56,012 bases of DNA from Acidimicrobiales bacterium (GCA_030448025.1 JAUJNQ010000002.1:406971-462982), one strand, 5' to 3'. Shown: positions 36,491 through 46,328, counted from the stretch's first letter. Translations and numbers: made by a program. The notes: generated by a model from the letters alone, not told the origin.

Positions 36491-37942
36491 TCACCCTGTT
36501 GTGCGAACTCTATGGATCAACTCGGTGACCTGATCGTAAACGGGACGTTGCTGCTTCATGAGGTTGGCGATCTTCTCCACGGCATGGATCACCGTGGTGT
36601 GGTCCCGCCCTCCGAACTCCTTGGCTATGGCCGGGTAGCTGAAGTCGGTGACCTCTCGGAACACGTACATGCTGACCTGTCGGGCGATCACCAACGGCCG
36701 GCGGCGGCTGTGGCCGCACAGGTCTTCGACGCTGAACCCGAAGAGCTCCGAAGTGGCGTCGAGGATGGCGCCCGGGGTGATTTGTCGAGGCTGGCCGGCG
36801 GCGAGGATGTCGGAGAGCACCCGTTCAGCCGACTGTGGTGTAAGCACCTCGCCGCTCACGCTGGCATAGGCCGAGACCCGGATTAGTGCTCCCTCGAGCT
36901 CGCGGATGTTGTCGGTGACGTTGGTGGCGATGAGAGCCAGGACGTCGTCGGGGACGTCGACCCGTTGGGCACCGGCCTTCTGGCGCAGGATGGCCAGGCG
37001 GGTCTCGAGGTCCGGCGGTTGGATGTCCGTGGTCAGCCCCGACAGGAAGCGGCTGCAAAGACGGCCTTGGAGGGTGGCGATGGCTTTGGGTGGGCGGTCG
37101 GAAGTGATGACGATCTGGTGGGACGCCTCGTAGACGGTGCAGAAGGTGTGGAAGAACTCCTCTTGAAGTCCCTCCTTCCCTTCCATGAACTGGATGTCGT
37201 CCACCAGCAGCACGTCACACTGGCGGTAGTGGCGCTTGAACGCGGTGCCGGTGTTGGTGCGGATGGCTTCCACGAAGTCATTGAGGAAGGTCTCCGTCTG
37301 CACGTAGCGAACTCGCTGGCCCCGGAAGTTCTGAAGGACGTAGTTCCCAATGGCGTGCAACAGGTGAGTCTTTCCCAGCCCGCTGTCCCCGTGGATGAAC
37401 AATGGGTTGTAGGAGCGCGCCGGCGTTTCGGCCACCGAGCGGACGGCGGCATGAGCGAAACGGTTGGAGGCACCGATGACGAAGGCCTCGAACGTGTAGC
37501 GAGGGTTGAGGGCCACCTCTTGGTTGACCCCTGTGGGGTAGGTCCTGGGCCTGGCCACCTGAGCAGGGGGCCCGGCGACGTCAGCGCTTCCTGCGGGCGT
37601 TGGCAAACTCCCGTCGTAGGAGTCGGACCAGCTCGTCTGGGCAACGGCGGATGTGCCGTTGGATGCCGCCGGAGCATCAGCTGGGGGGGCCGAACCGATG
37701 GAAACGTCGAGGACCACGGGGACGGGTAGATCCACGGTGGCGGCCACCACCTCCCGGACCCGGGAGAGGTAGCGCTCCTCGATCCGCCTGCGGGCCAGAG
37801 CGCTCGGCACGGAGAGGCGAAGGCACCCATCCTCGCCCACGGCCGCCGTAACCCCCTCGAAACAGGTCCGCCACGCGGCATCGGGGATCTGGGAGCGCAA
37901 GAGCTCCGCCGCGTCTGTCCAAAGTTGCTCAGCGTCCCGCAT
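36491..37942 (-). CDS. dnaA: Chromosomal replication initiator DnaA
   Basis: LNPRYTFEAFVIGASN, GDSGLGKTHL, LLVDDIQF, NIRELEGAL, GGRDHTTVIHA. Confidence 0.98.
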   Translation of the reverse strand: MRDAEQLWTDAAELLRSQIPDAAWRTCFEGVTAAVGEDGCLRLSVPSALARRRIEERYLSRVREVVAATVDLPVPVVLDVSIGSAPPADAPAASNGTSAVAQTSWSDSYDGSLPTPAGSADVAGPPAQVARPRTYPTGVNQEVALNPRYTFEAFVIGASNRFAHAAVRSVAETPARSYNPLFIHGDSGLGKTHLLHAIGNYVLQNFRGQRVRYVQTETFLNDFVEAIRTNTGTAFKRHYRQCDVLLVDDIQFMEGKEGLQEEFFHTFCTVYEASHQIVITSDRPPKAIATLQGRLCSRFLSGLTTDIQPPDLETRLAILRQKAGAQRVDVPDDVLALIATNVTDNIRELEGALIRVSAYASVSGEVLTPQSAERVLSDILAAGQPRQITPGAILDATSELFGFSVEDLCGHSRRRPLVIARQVSMYVFREVTDFSYPAIAKEFGGRDHTTVIHAVEKIANLMKQQRPVYDQVTELIHRVRTTG

Positions 37943-38237
37943 GACGCCCTCTCCCCTTCATCGATCCTGCACTTCGCTCTCCCACAAGGGCTGTGGACAG
38001 GCCGAGACGGGCTTTGGGGAAGGGAAGCCACGAAGACGGCGCCGCTGTCCCGTAGGGGCGGCGAAGCTACCACCCGGCCTGGCTGCTGGCGAGGGAGCGA
38101 CGGGAAAGCTGGTTGACCAGCGGAGATGAGCGGGGTTGTCTGCAGCGCCGTGCGCCCCCTCAGTACAGCCAGACGGGCTGTCAAACCGGCTGTACTACCC
38201 TCGGTGGCGCCCAGCCGACGCGAGCAGGAGTGATCAG

Positions 38238-38372
38238 GTGAAGCGAACCTTCCAGCCAAAGAACCGCCGGCGGGCGAGGAAGCACGGGTTCCGCCATCGG
38301 ATGTCGACTCGAGCGGGACGGGCGATCCTGCGGTCGCGACGCCAAAAGGGCCGCCACAAGCTCTCGGCCTGA
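38238..38372 (+). CDS. rpmH: 50S ribosomal protein L34
   Basis: (GTG)[43 protein letters not shown]. Confidence 0.97.
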   Translation: MKRTFQPKNRRRARKHGFRHRMSTRAGRAILRSRRQKGRHKLSA

Positions 38373-38410
38373 CCGGGCTCTTGCCTGATCGGGACGGCTG
38401 ATCGAATCCC

Positions 38411-38770
38411 CTGATCCACTCCATTGGCGACCGGGCCACCTTCACCGCCCTCCGTCGGTCGGCCCGGCGGGTGCGAAGGGGACCGATCACGGTAACCTAC
38501 GCCGCTGGACCCGTCACGGATCACGTCCGAGTGGCTTATGCCGTCGGTCGCCGAGTGGGTGGTGCCGTCAGGCGCAATCGCCTGCGGCGACGGTTGCGGG
38601 CAGTGATGTCGGAGCAAGTCGGCAACCTCCGCTCGGGGGCCTACCTCGTGGGCGCTGGACCGGGAGCGACATCGCTGTCCTTCGAAGAACTGAGAGAGTG
38701 CGTGGCCCAAGCGTTGGACGACCAGAGACTGCTGACGAGCATCCCGGAAGAAGACCGTCCTTGCCATTGA
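38411..38770 (+). CDS. rnpA: RNase P protein component (probable non-canonical CTG start)
   Basis: RATFTALRR..VAYAVGRRVGGAVRRNRLRRRLR (RNR motif); in-frame TGA at 38399 bounds the start. Confidence 0.88.
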   Translation: MIHSIGDRATFTALRRSARRVRRGPITVTYAAGPVTDHVRVAYAVGRRVGGAVRRNRLRRRLRAVMSEQVGNLRSGAYLVGAGPGATSLSFEELRECVAQALDDQRLLTSIPEEDRPCH

Positions 38771-38979
38771 CTGCACGACCGCTGTACGTGTTGATTCGCC
38801 TGTACCAGCTGGCCCGGGCCGGGCGCCCCTCCGCCTGCCGCCACTGGCCGACGTGCTCGGCGTACGCCCTGGAGGCCCTCGAGCGCCATGGGGCGTGGCG
38901 GGGAACTCGGCTCATCGCTCGCCGACTGGGGCGGTGCCATCCCTGGGGCAGCTGGGGCCCGGACCCGGTGCCGGAGTGA
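38767..38979 (+). CDS. yidD: Membrane protein insertion efficiency factor YidD
   Basis: IRLYQ..CRHWPTCSAYALEALERHG..RCHPW..DPVP. Confidence 0.93.
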   Translation: MTARPLYVLIRLYQLARAGRPSACRHWPTCSAYALEALERHGAWRGTRLIARRLGRCHPWGSWGPDPVPE

Positions 38980-38994
38980 GGTAGCGGCCGACTC

Positions 38995-40110
38995 ATGTTC
39001 CAGTTTCTGTCAGGACTCCTGGCCTTCTTCTACGGGATAATCCCCAACTACGCCATCTCCATAGCTCTGCTCACGCTCAGCGTGATGTTGGTGCTGTCAC
39101 CCCTCACCCTCAAGAGCACGCGCTCGATGCTGGCCATGCAGCGGCTGCAGCCCGAGATCAAGCGGATCCAGCAGAAGTACAAGGGCGGGGATCGCCAGCA
39201 GATGCAACAGGAGATGATGGCCCTCTACAAGGAGCATCAGGTGAACCCCATGTCGGGATGCCTCCCCATGGTGGTGCAGCTGCCAGTGCTCTTCGTGATG
39301 TACCACGTCATCCGGGGGCTCACCCAGGTTCGCTCGGCGGGGCCCTGCCCCGGCTTCGACGCGAAGTACCTCGACAAGGGCACGCAGCTCTTCCAAGACC
39401 TTTGCTCGTCCGGCCGGGAGATGAACGCCTTCGGCATCGACTTGGCCAAGTCCGCCAGCGAGGCGCTGAGGATATCGGTGCTGGGAGGGATCCCGTTCCT
39501 CCTGCTCACCGGTTTGGTGGCGTTCGTGCAGTACTACCAGAGCCGCCAGATGACCAGACGCAACCCCCAAGGCTCCCAGAGCCCTCAGATCCAGATGATG
39601 ACTCGGGTCATGCCGGTGATGTTCGGCGTGTTCTCCTTCGCCTTCCCGGCTGCGCTCAACGTGTACTGGTTCGTCTCTGGGTTGTTCCGGGTGGCCCAAC
39701 AAGGAGCCATGTATCGCTGGGACCCCAGCCTGGCGGCTCACGCCCGGGAACGGGCCAAAGAAGCCCACGCCACGGCGAAAGACGCGCCCACAAAGCGCCC
39801 CAGCCTGCGGGAGCTCGCGTCCAAAGCCTTGGAGCCGAAGGGTGACGCCAAACCCAAGGCCAGATCAGGCGACGCCAAACCCAAGGGATCGAAGGGTGAC
39901 GCCAAAGCGAAGGGCAAGGCGGGGGGGCCCAACGGGCAAGGGCGGGTGAATGGGCAGAAGCCTCCGGGCAAGGGCAAGGGGAACGGCACGGGTTCGCCCG
40001 CCAAGGCTCAAGTGGCCAAGAGCCAGCGAAACGGCGGGGCGCGACCGCGATCCGGACCCAAGAACGCCAAGAAGCCCACGCGAAAGCGGCGAGGCAAGGG
40101 GGGCCGGTAG
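38995..40110 (+). CDS. yidC: Membrane protein insertase YidC with long Lys-rich tail
   Basis: MQRLQPEIKRIQQKYK..LYKEHQVNPMSGCLP..VYWFVS. Confidence 0.95.
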   Translation: MFQFLSGLLAFFYGIIPNYAISIALLTLSVMLVLSPLTLKSTRSMLAMQRLQPEIKRIQQKYKGGDRQQMQQEMMALYKEHQVNPMSGCLPMVVQLPVLFVMYHVIRGLTQVRSAGPCPGFDAKYLDKGTQLFQDLCSSGREMNAFGIDLAKSASEALRISVLGGIPFLLLTGLVAFVQYYQSRQMTRRNPQGSQSPQIQMMTRVMPVMFGVFSFAFPAALNVYWFVSGLFRVAQQGAMYRWDPSLAAHARERAKEAHATAKDAPTKRPSLRELASKALEPKGDAKPKARSGDAKPKGSKGDAKAKGKAGGPNGQGRVNGQKPPGKGKGNGTGSPAKAQVAKSQRNGGARPRSGPKNAKKPTRKRRGKGGR

Positions 40111-40115
40111 CGGAC

Positions 40116-40937
40116 ATGGAGTGGGTAGAGACGACCGGGCGGAGCGTCGAGGAGGCACTTGAGTCCGCCCTCGATCAACTGGGTATCGACGAGCGGGAGG
40201 CCGAGGTAGAAGTCCTCGAAGAACCAAAAACGGGGCTGTTCGGCAGGCTTCGGTCTGAGGCCAGGATCCGGGCCAGGGTCCGGCCCACCCGACCTCGGCC
40301 CAAGGTTGAACGTCAGGACCGAGGTCGGAAGCGGCCGGCCAAGGGTCCGAAGGAACCGAGGGAATCAGCCGAACCCCCAGCCAAGCACCAAGGAGAACCC
40401 GTTCGTGCGGCGCAAAAGCGGGCACCCGAGAAACGACGACGACAAGGTGATGAAACGGTGATGGACGATCGAGAGGTACCGTTGAACGAGCAGGCCGATA
40501 CCGGCCGAGCGTTCCTGGAAGGTCTCGTGGCTCAGCTCTCGTTGTCGGCTTCGGTCGCCACCGTGGAGCTGGACGAGGACACCGTGGAGTTGAGGGTGGA
40601 TGGGAGCGATCTGGGGTTCCTGATCGGACCCAAGGGGGCAACGCTGGGCGCGCTGCAGGACGTGACGCGTACGGTGGTCAATCGCAAGACCGGGGGACGC
40701 AACGGTCGGCTCATGGTGGACGTGGCCGGCTACCGGCAGAAGCGGAAGGTGGCGCTGGAGCGCTTTACACGTGAAGTCGTCGTGCAGGTCCAGCAAACCG
40801 GGACACCTCGGGTGCTGGAGCCGATGGCTCCCCCTGACCGCAAGATCGTTCATGACACGGTCAACGACCTAGAAGGGGTGTCGACGGTATCAGAGGGCGA
40901 GGAGCCGGCGCGTAGGGTCATCATCACCCCGGACTGA
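40116..40937 (+). CDS. jag: Jag/EloR/KhpB RNA-binding protein (Jag_N-KH-R3H)
   Basis: TGRSVEEALESAL, LIGPKGATLGALQ, DRKIVH, SEGEEPARRV. Confidence 0.95.
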   Translation: MEWVETTGRSVEEALESALDQLGIDEREAEVEVLEEPKTGLFGRLRSEARIRARVRPTRPRPKVERQDRGRKRPAKGPKEPRESAEPPAKHQGEPVRAAQKRAPEKRRRQGDETVMDDREVPLNEQADTGRAFLEGLVAQLSLSASVATVELDEDTVELRVDGSDLGFLIGPKGATLGALQDVTRTVVNRKTGGRNGRLMVDVAGYRQKRKVALERFTREVVVQVQQTGTPRVLEPMAPPDRKIVHDTVNDLEGVSTVSEGEEPARRVIITPD

Positions 40938-40953
40938 AGGGGTCGGGCGGGTA

Positions 40954-41589
40954 ATGCAGCCTGCGTGGCTCGGCTCTGCCGTGCTGATCGAGGTGCTGCT
41001 GGAGGCCCGACGGCGTGGCTTTCTCGGGCCCGGCCCGGTCGAAGACCATCTGCGGCACTCGCTTGGGTTTGTTCGTGCCGGAACGCAGGGCGGGCACAGC
41101 ATGGTTGTAGACCTTGGTAGTGGCGGCGGAATACCCGGGCTGATCCTGGCGCTGGCATGGCCTGAGTCGAGGGTGATGTTGCTCGATGCCAGTGAACGCC
41201 GGACCAGCTTCCTCTCGGATGCGCTTGACCAACTCGGCTTGGCGGGGCCGCGAGTCAAGGTCGTCCGAGAACGAGCGGAGTCCGCCGGCCGGCAGGCTCG
41301 GTGGCGTTCGACGGCGGACCTGGTGGTGGCCCGGGCATTCGGGCCACCGGCGGCGGTCGCCGAGTGCGCGGCCCCGTTGCTCATGACCGGGGGGAGGCTG
41401 ATCGTCTCCGAGCCGCCTGAGGGAGGTCACGCACGTTGGCCGCAGGCAGGAATGGAGGCGCTGGGGCTGGCGGGGAGCTCGCCCGAACTTCATGAAGGGC
41501 GCTGGTATCGGGTGCTGGAACAGAAACAGCTTTGCCCCGACCGGTTCCCCCGGCGCTCCGGTGTTCCAATGAAGCGCCTACTGTTCTGA
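40954..41589 (+). CDS. rsmG: 16S rRNA m7G527 methyltransferase
   Basis: HLRHSL, VDLGSGGGIPG, ERAE, VVARA, FPRRSG. Confidence 0.92.
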   Translation: MQPAWLGSAVLIEVLLEARRRGFLGPGPVEDHLRHSLGFVRAGTQGGHSMVVDLGSGGGIPGLILALAWPESRVMLLDASERRTSFLSDALDQLGLAGPRVKVVRERAESAGRQARWRSTADLVVARAFGPPAAVAECAAPLLMTGGRLIVSEPPEGGHARWPQAGMEALGLAGSSPELHEGRWYRVLEQKQLCPDRFPRRSGVPMKRLLF

Positions 41590-41640
41590 AAGAGCTGGGC
41601 CAGCCGGTCGTGACGTACCTACAGCCAAGGGGAGGCGTCA

Positions 41641-41656
41641 TGTTCCACGTGGAACG
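41641..41656. promoter_or_regulatory. parS: parS centromere-like site
   Basis: TGTTCCACGTGGAACG; 14-bp perfect palindrome GTTCCACGTGGAAC matching the parS consensus type. Confidence 0.85.
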
Positions 41657-42982
41657 ATGCTTGACGGCGGTGACCAAGGCCGCCAGAGTGGGCTCGTGAA
41701 GGACCCGGCTGACGACCCGCGCCAACGCGGGTGGGCCATCTTACAGCGGCTACGATCGCTCGAAGGCCCTACATTTCCCGCCTCTCAGGCCGCGTCCGAG
41801 CCCAGCGAGGCGGAGCCCCTTGATGTCGAGATGCTGGGGGACGAGGCCACCGAGTTGGGTCTGGCTCAAACCGTGGCTGAGACAGGCGCGGGCGAGGTCA
41901 GGGCCATCGCCCGTGGGCCGAGCACGGACGAACCCGCCGTAGAGCATCCGGGAGTCGGGGTCATCCAGGAAACCGTTGCCCCCGAAACCACCAACGGCAG
42001 CGATTCCCCCGTAGACGACCGGCTGGGACAACCGAAGGCAGAGGTTCTCTCTCCCTCAGCGCCGGGCACCGCGGTCGCCGAGGCCGCAGGAGCCGCCCCG
42101 GACCGTTTTGACGGCAGCTCAATCGGAGAGCGCAGGCCGGCTCCGGGGGACGAGGAACGCCCGGTCGTTTCGGAGGAGAAACCCGCAAGCCCGTTCTTCC
42201 GGCCGCTTCCGAGGGTCATCGCCGTTGCCAACCAGAAGGGCGGTGTGGGCAAGACGACCACAGCAGTCAATGTGGGGGCGGCGCTGGCCCAGCTCGGCTA
42301 TCGCGTCCTGGTGGTGGACCTCGACCCCCAAGGGAACGCCACCACGGGCCTCGGAGTCAACCCCCGCAACCTCGACTCCTCGATCTACGACGTCATAATG
42401 CGCGAGACGCCCCTCGAGGACTGCATTGAGCCAACCAGCCTTCGGAACTTGTTCGTGGCCCCTGCCACCATAAACCTGGCTGGGGCCGAGATCGAGCTCG
42501 TGCCCGCGTTCAGTCGGGAGCTGAAGCTCCGACGGGCCCTCGAGCAGGTGATGGACGACTTCGACTTCATGCTTATCGACTGTCCGCCCTCGCTCGGCCT
42601 CCTCACGGTGAACGGCCTGGGTGCCGCCTCCGAGGTGCTGGTCCCCATCCAGTGCGAGTACTACGCCCTCGAGGGGTTGGGCCAGCTCTTGCGGAACGTG
42701 GGACTGGTTCAGGGCCACATCAACCCTCGACTGGAGGTCAACGCAATCGTCCTCACCATGTACGACGCCCGGACCAAGCTGGCAGAACAGGTGGCCCGCG
42801 AGGTGCGTGAGCATTTCGGGGCCAAGGTGTGCCGGAACATCGTCCCCCGTACGGTCCGGTTGTCCGAGGCCCCGTCGTTTGGGCAGCCCATCGTGGTGTT
42901 CGATCCGACCTCCCGGGGCGCCATCGCCTACCGGGAGGTTGCCAAGGAGGTGAGTGGTGGCGCGCCGCAGCGGGTTGGGTAA
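41657..42982 (+). CDS. parA: Chromosome partitioning ATPase ParA/Soj (long acidic N-terminal extension; start uncertain)
   Basis: NQKGGVGKTTT, DLDPQGNA, IDCPPSLG, QCEYYALEG, RLSEAPSFG. Confidence 0.95.
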   Translation: MLDGGDQGRQSGLVKDPADDPRQRGWAILQRLRSLEGPTFPASQAASEPSEAEPLDVEMLGDEATELGLAQTVAETGAGEVRAIARGPSTDEPAVEHPGVGVIQETVAPETTNGSDSPVDDRLGQPKAEVLSPSAPGTAVAEAAGAAPDRFDGSSIGERRPAPGDEERPVVSEEKPASPFFRPLPRVIAVANQKGGVGKTTTAVNVGAALAQLGYRVLVVDLDPQGNATTGLGVNPRNLDSSIYDVIMRETPLEDCIEPTSLRNLFVAPATINLAGAEIELVPAFSRELKLRRALEQVMDDFDFMLIDCPPSLGLLTVNGLGAASEVLVPIQCEYYALEGLGQLLRNVGLVQGHINPRLEVNAIVLTMYDARTKLAEQVAREVREHFGAKVCRNIVPRTVRLSEAPSFGQPIVVFDPTSRGAIAYREVAKEVSGGAPQRVG

Positions 42983-43874
42983 GGGACTCGGGGCCCTCAT
43001 TCCCAGCGAGGTGATGACCGAGCGAGAATCGGCGCTGTTGGAGGTTCCCATTACCAGCATCCGCGCCAGTTCCTTCCAGCCCCGCAAGCACTTCGACGAG
43101 GAGAGCCTGGTGGCGCTCACTTCGTCCATACGAGAGCTCGGCGTTCTCCAGCCCGTTCTGGTGAGGCCGGGCGAGCAGGACACCTATGAGCTAATCGCTG
43201 GCGAGCGCCGATGGCGAGCGGCCAAGCGGGCCGGCCTGCAGACCATCCCCGCCCTCGTCCGCAAGGTACGTGACGACACCAGCCTCGAACAGGCCCTGGT
43301 CGAGAACGTGCAGCGCGAGGACCTGAACCCCCTAGAGGAGGCAGCGGCGTACCAGCAGCTGATCGAGGACTTCGGCCTCACGCACGAGGAGCTCGCCACC
43401 CGTGTGGGCAAGAGCCGAGCGGCCATCACCAACACTCTCCGACTCTTTCAGCTCACCCCCGCCATCCAGCGTCTGGTCGCCGAGGCAGAGCTCGCCGAAG
43501 GCCACGCGCGCGCTCTGTTGGGCACACCGGACCGGGCCTTCCAAGAAGCGCTCGCCCGGCGCGTGGTGAGCGAGGGACTCTCGGTGCGCGCCGTGGAGGA
43601 GGCGGTTCGAGCCCGCTCGCAGCTGGCAACGCTTGGGCCAGGTGCTGACGCGCCCGCCGGTCAGCCCGGCCGGCGGCTGCGCCCCCCCGGCCTGTTGGAG
43701 CTGGAGGAGCTGTTGTCACAGCACCTGGACACCACGGTAAAGGTGGACATGGGCGCCAAGAAGGGTCGGGTGATCATCGACTTTGCCAGCCTCGAAGATC
43801 TCGAGCGGCTCTACCGCGCCATGACCGACGCCCGCGTGGACCCGGACACCGACTCCACCCCCAGGCCTGGTTAG
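42954..43874 (+). CDS. parB: Chromosome partitioning protein ParB/Spo0J
   Basis: GLGKGLGAL, QPRKHF, LIAGERRWRA, ENVQREDLNPLEEA, GHARAL. Confidence 0.97.
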   Translation: MVARRSGLGKGLGALIPSEVMTERESALLEVPITSIRASSFQPRKHFDEESLVALTSSIRELGVLQPVLVRPGEQDTYELIAGERRWRAAKRAGLQTIPALVRKVRDDTSLEQALVENVQREDLNPLEEAAAYQQLIEDFGLTHEELATRVGKSRAAITNTLRLFQLTPAIQRLVAEAELAEGHARALLGTPDRAFQEALARRVVSEGLSVRAVEEAVRARSQLATLGPGADAPAGQPGRRLRPPGLLELEELLSQHLDTTVKVDMGAKKGRVIIDFASLEDLERLYRAMTDARVDPDTDSTPRPG

Positions 43875-43956
43875 GGAGCGCCGCAGCTTTCCTCGAAATC
43901 CGGCCCCCACGTAGTTCGACTCCGTGAGGCAGTCCGATCGGCGCAACAGGTCGTCG

Positions 43957-44913
43957 TCAGTCCTCGTCGGCCTGGTCACAGGGGTGGGCGGCCCAGTCGG
44001 AGAGAACCTTGGTCACGACGGTGGCGAGCAAGGCCGAGCGGGTCACCACCCGCTCAGGGGGCCCGACCTCGCACAAGACGGCGGGCATCCGAGTCTCTTT
44101 TAGAACAGGCAGGGCCATGCCTCGAACGCCGGCGTCGTGAACGCCCAGCGCGGCCGGCACCGCGGCCTGGACCAGCTCGGCCAGTCGTCGCCCGCCGGCC
44201 GACTCGTAGCGGTGCCCGGCGTAGTGGGCGGACGAGCACTCCTCCCGGTCGGCGACGAGGAAGAGGCCCAGGTAGACGTCGGCCTCGGAGGCGTTGGCCT
44301 CGGTGGCCTGCTCGGACTGGTCAGGGTGCTGCACCAGAGTGACCTTGGCCCCCGCCTCTACCAGGGTTCTGGCCGCGGCCGAGAGCACGGCGTGCAACCC
44401 GTTCCCGCCGAGCGCCACGTGCCTGGAATGGAGGGTCCGCGGGGCTCGACGGAGGGTCTCGGTCTCTCGGACGACGGTTACCGGCTCCCGCTCGTCCTGA
44501 CGCTTGCCCAGACGCTCGAGCCCGTGGATCGTTGCTGGCCCGCAGACTCCGTCCACGACCAGGCCCGTGTTGCGCTGGAACTCGGTGAGGGCCGACTGGG
44601 TGTCCGGGCCGAAGATGCCGTCCACGCGGCCGGCGTCGAACCCGAGGGCGCCGAGGCGGCGCTGCAGCGTCGCCACGTCGTCGCCGCGCAGCATGGGTTG
44701 GCGGAGATAGATCAGCCGGTCCCCGAGTCGGTAGCCGGCCTCGACCACCGCGGCCCAGGTCTGGAGGCCGCAGACTCCGTCGACCCGCAGTCCCCGTCTC
44801 TCTTGGAAGGCGCAGACGGCGGTGGCGGTGTGACGCCCGAAGTGCCCTGCCAAGTCGCCGGACGCGTCGAACGACAACCCGGCCAACCGCTGCTGCAGGT
44901 CGCCAACCTCCAC
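43957..44913 (-). CDS. CwlM-like protein: two PG-binding domains plus degenerate Amidase_3
   Basis: FQ..RGL.VDG..G..TW and LRGDDVATLQRRL..GF..G.VDGIFG; amidase region has no DPGH or SxH Zn ligands; frame may extend to CTG at 44940. Confidence 0.85.
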   Translation of the reverse strand: MEVGDLQQRLAGLSFDASGDLAGHFGRHTATAVCAFQERRGLRVDGVCGLQTWAAVVEAGYRLGDRLIYLRQPMLRGDDVATLQRRLGALGFDAGRVDGIFGPDTQSALTEFQRNTGLVVDGVCGPATIHGLERLGKRQDEREPVTVVRETETLRRAPRTLHSRHVALGGNGLHAVLSAAARTLVEAGAKVTLVQHPDQSEQATEANASEADVYLGLFLVADREECSSAHYAGHRYESAGGRRLAELVQAAVPAALGVHDAGVRGMALPVLKETRMPAVLCEVGPPERVVTRSALLATVVTKVLSDWAAHPCDQADED

Positions 44914-44945
44914 ACCCCGGTCGCCGCTGCGCAGCGGCAGGCCGT

Positions 44946-45272
44946 CTACAGGAATGCCTGCAACTCCTCGAGCAGCTTGCCCTTGGGCTTGGCCCCGACC
45001 AGGCGGACCCGGGGCTCGCCGTCCGAGAAGAGGATCATGGTGGGGATGCTCAGGACCTCGAACCGCCGGGCCAGGCCCACGCTGTCGTCCACGTTGACCT
45101 TGGCGACCCGCAAGCGGTCACCCTGCTCATTGGCAATCTCTTCCAGTACAGGTGCCACAGCCCGGCACGGACCGCACCACTCGGCCCAGAAGTCCACGAG
45201 GACGGGCGACGAGGCGGCGGCGATCTCCTCGTCGAAGGTGCTGTCGGTCAGCGTGGTGATGGTTGTAGCCAC
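44946..45272 (-). CDS. trxA: Thioredoxin
   Basis: VDFWAEWCGPC; AGGAGG RBS before GTG 45272. Confidence 0.97.
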   Translation of the reverse strand: MATTITTLTDSTFDEEIAAASSPVLVDFWAEWCGPCRAVAPVLEEIANEQGDRLRVAKVNVDDSVGLARRFEVLSIPTMILFSDGEPRVRLVGAKPKGKLLEELQAFL

Positions 45273-45339
45273 AGTGGTGCGACCTCCTGGTTGCGAAGTG
45301 GGTTGGGTGAGAGAAAGTCGGCATGGTCGGTGCCCGCCC

Positions 45340-46323
45340 TCACCAGTTGCGGGGGGTTTCGAGCAGGTGATCCGGCCCGTCCTCATGGGACTCCAGCCAG
45401 CGCTCGGCGTCGATGGCGGCCATGCATCCCGAGCCGGCTGCGGTGACCGCCTGGCGGTAGACGTGGTCTTGTACGTCGCCACATGCGAACACACCGTCCA
45501 CGTTGGTCCGAGTGGTACCCGGCTTGGTGACGAGGTACCCGGAGTCCTCCATGTCGAGCGTGCCCTTGAAGACGTCGGTATTGGGAACGTGGCCGATGGC
45601 CACGAACAGCCCGGCGACCGCAAGCTCCGACTCCTCGCCGGTGACGGTGTTCAGCACCTTCACCCCGGACACGGCTCCGTCACCCAGGACCTCGGTGACC
45701 TTGGAGTCCCAGACGAACTCGATCTTGTCGTTCTTGTATGCCCGGTCCTGCATGATCTTCGACGCCCGCAGCTCCTTGCGGCGGTGAACCACGCTCACCT
45801 TTTCGGCGAACTTGGTGAGGAAGATCGCCTCTTCCAGGGCTGAGTCACCGCCACCGACCACGGCGATCTCCTCGCCACGGAAGAAGAAGCCGTCGCAGGT
45901 GGCACAGGTGGACACCCCGTGACCCATCAAGCGCTGTTCGCTGGGCAGGCCGAGGGTGAGGGCCCGGGCTCCGGTGGCGACGATGACGGTGCGGGCCTGG
46001 TACTCGTGGTCGCCGACCCACATGCGGAAGGGGCGGTCCGAGAAGTCGACCCGGCTCACCTTGGCCGTCAGGTACTCGGCACCGAAGCGGGCCGCCTGAG
46101 CACGGAAGGAGGCCATGAGCTCCGGACCCATGATGCCATCGACGAAGCCGGGGTAGTTCTCGACCTCGGTGGTGAGCATGAGCTGACCGCCGGGCTGGTC
46201 GCTGCTCGAAGAAGGTTCCCCCTCGATGACCAAGGGCTTCAGGTTGGCTCTGGCGGTGTACACCGCCGCCGTGAGCCCGGCTGGGCCCGAACCTATGATG
46301 ATGACGTCGCGGACGTCGGACAA
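45340..46323 (-). CDS. trxB: Thioredoxin-disulfide reductase
   Basis: [32 protein letters not shown]. Confidence 0.97.
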   Translation of the reverse strand: MSDVRDVIIIGSGPAGLTAAVYTARANLKPLVIEGEPSSSSDQPGGQLMLTTEVENYPGFVDGIMGPELMASFRAQAARFGAEYLTAKVSRVDFSDRPFRMWVGDHEYQARTVIVATGARALTLGLPSEQRLMGHGVSTCATCDGFFFRGEEIAVVGGGDSALEEAIFLTKFAEKVSVVHRRKELRASKIMQDRAYKNDKIEFVWDSKVTEVLGDGAVSGVKVLNTVTGEESELAVAGLFVAIGHVPNTDVFKGTLDMEDSGYLVTKPGTTRTNVDGVFACGDVQDHVYRQAVTAAGSGCMAAIDAERWLESHEDGPDHLLETPRNW

Positions 46324-46328
46324 CGTGG

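Noticed and set aside
40763-40777. TTTACACGTGAAGT in jag as a second parS
   Set aside because: Only about 10/14 match, not palindromic, and inside coding sequence.
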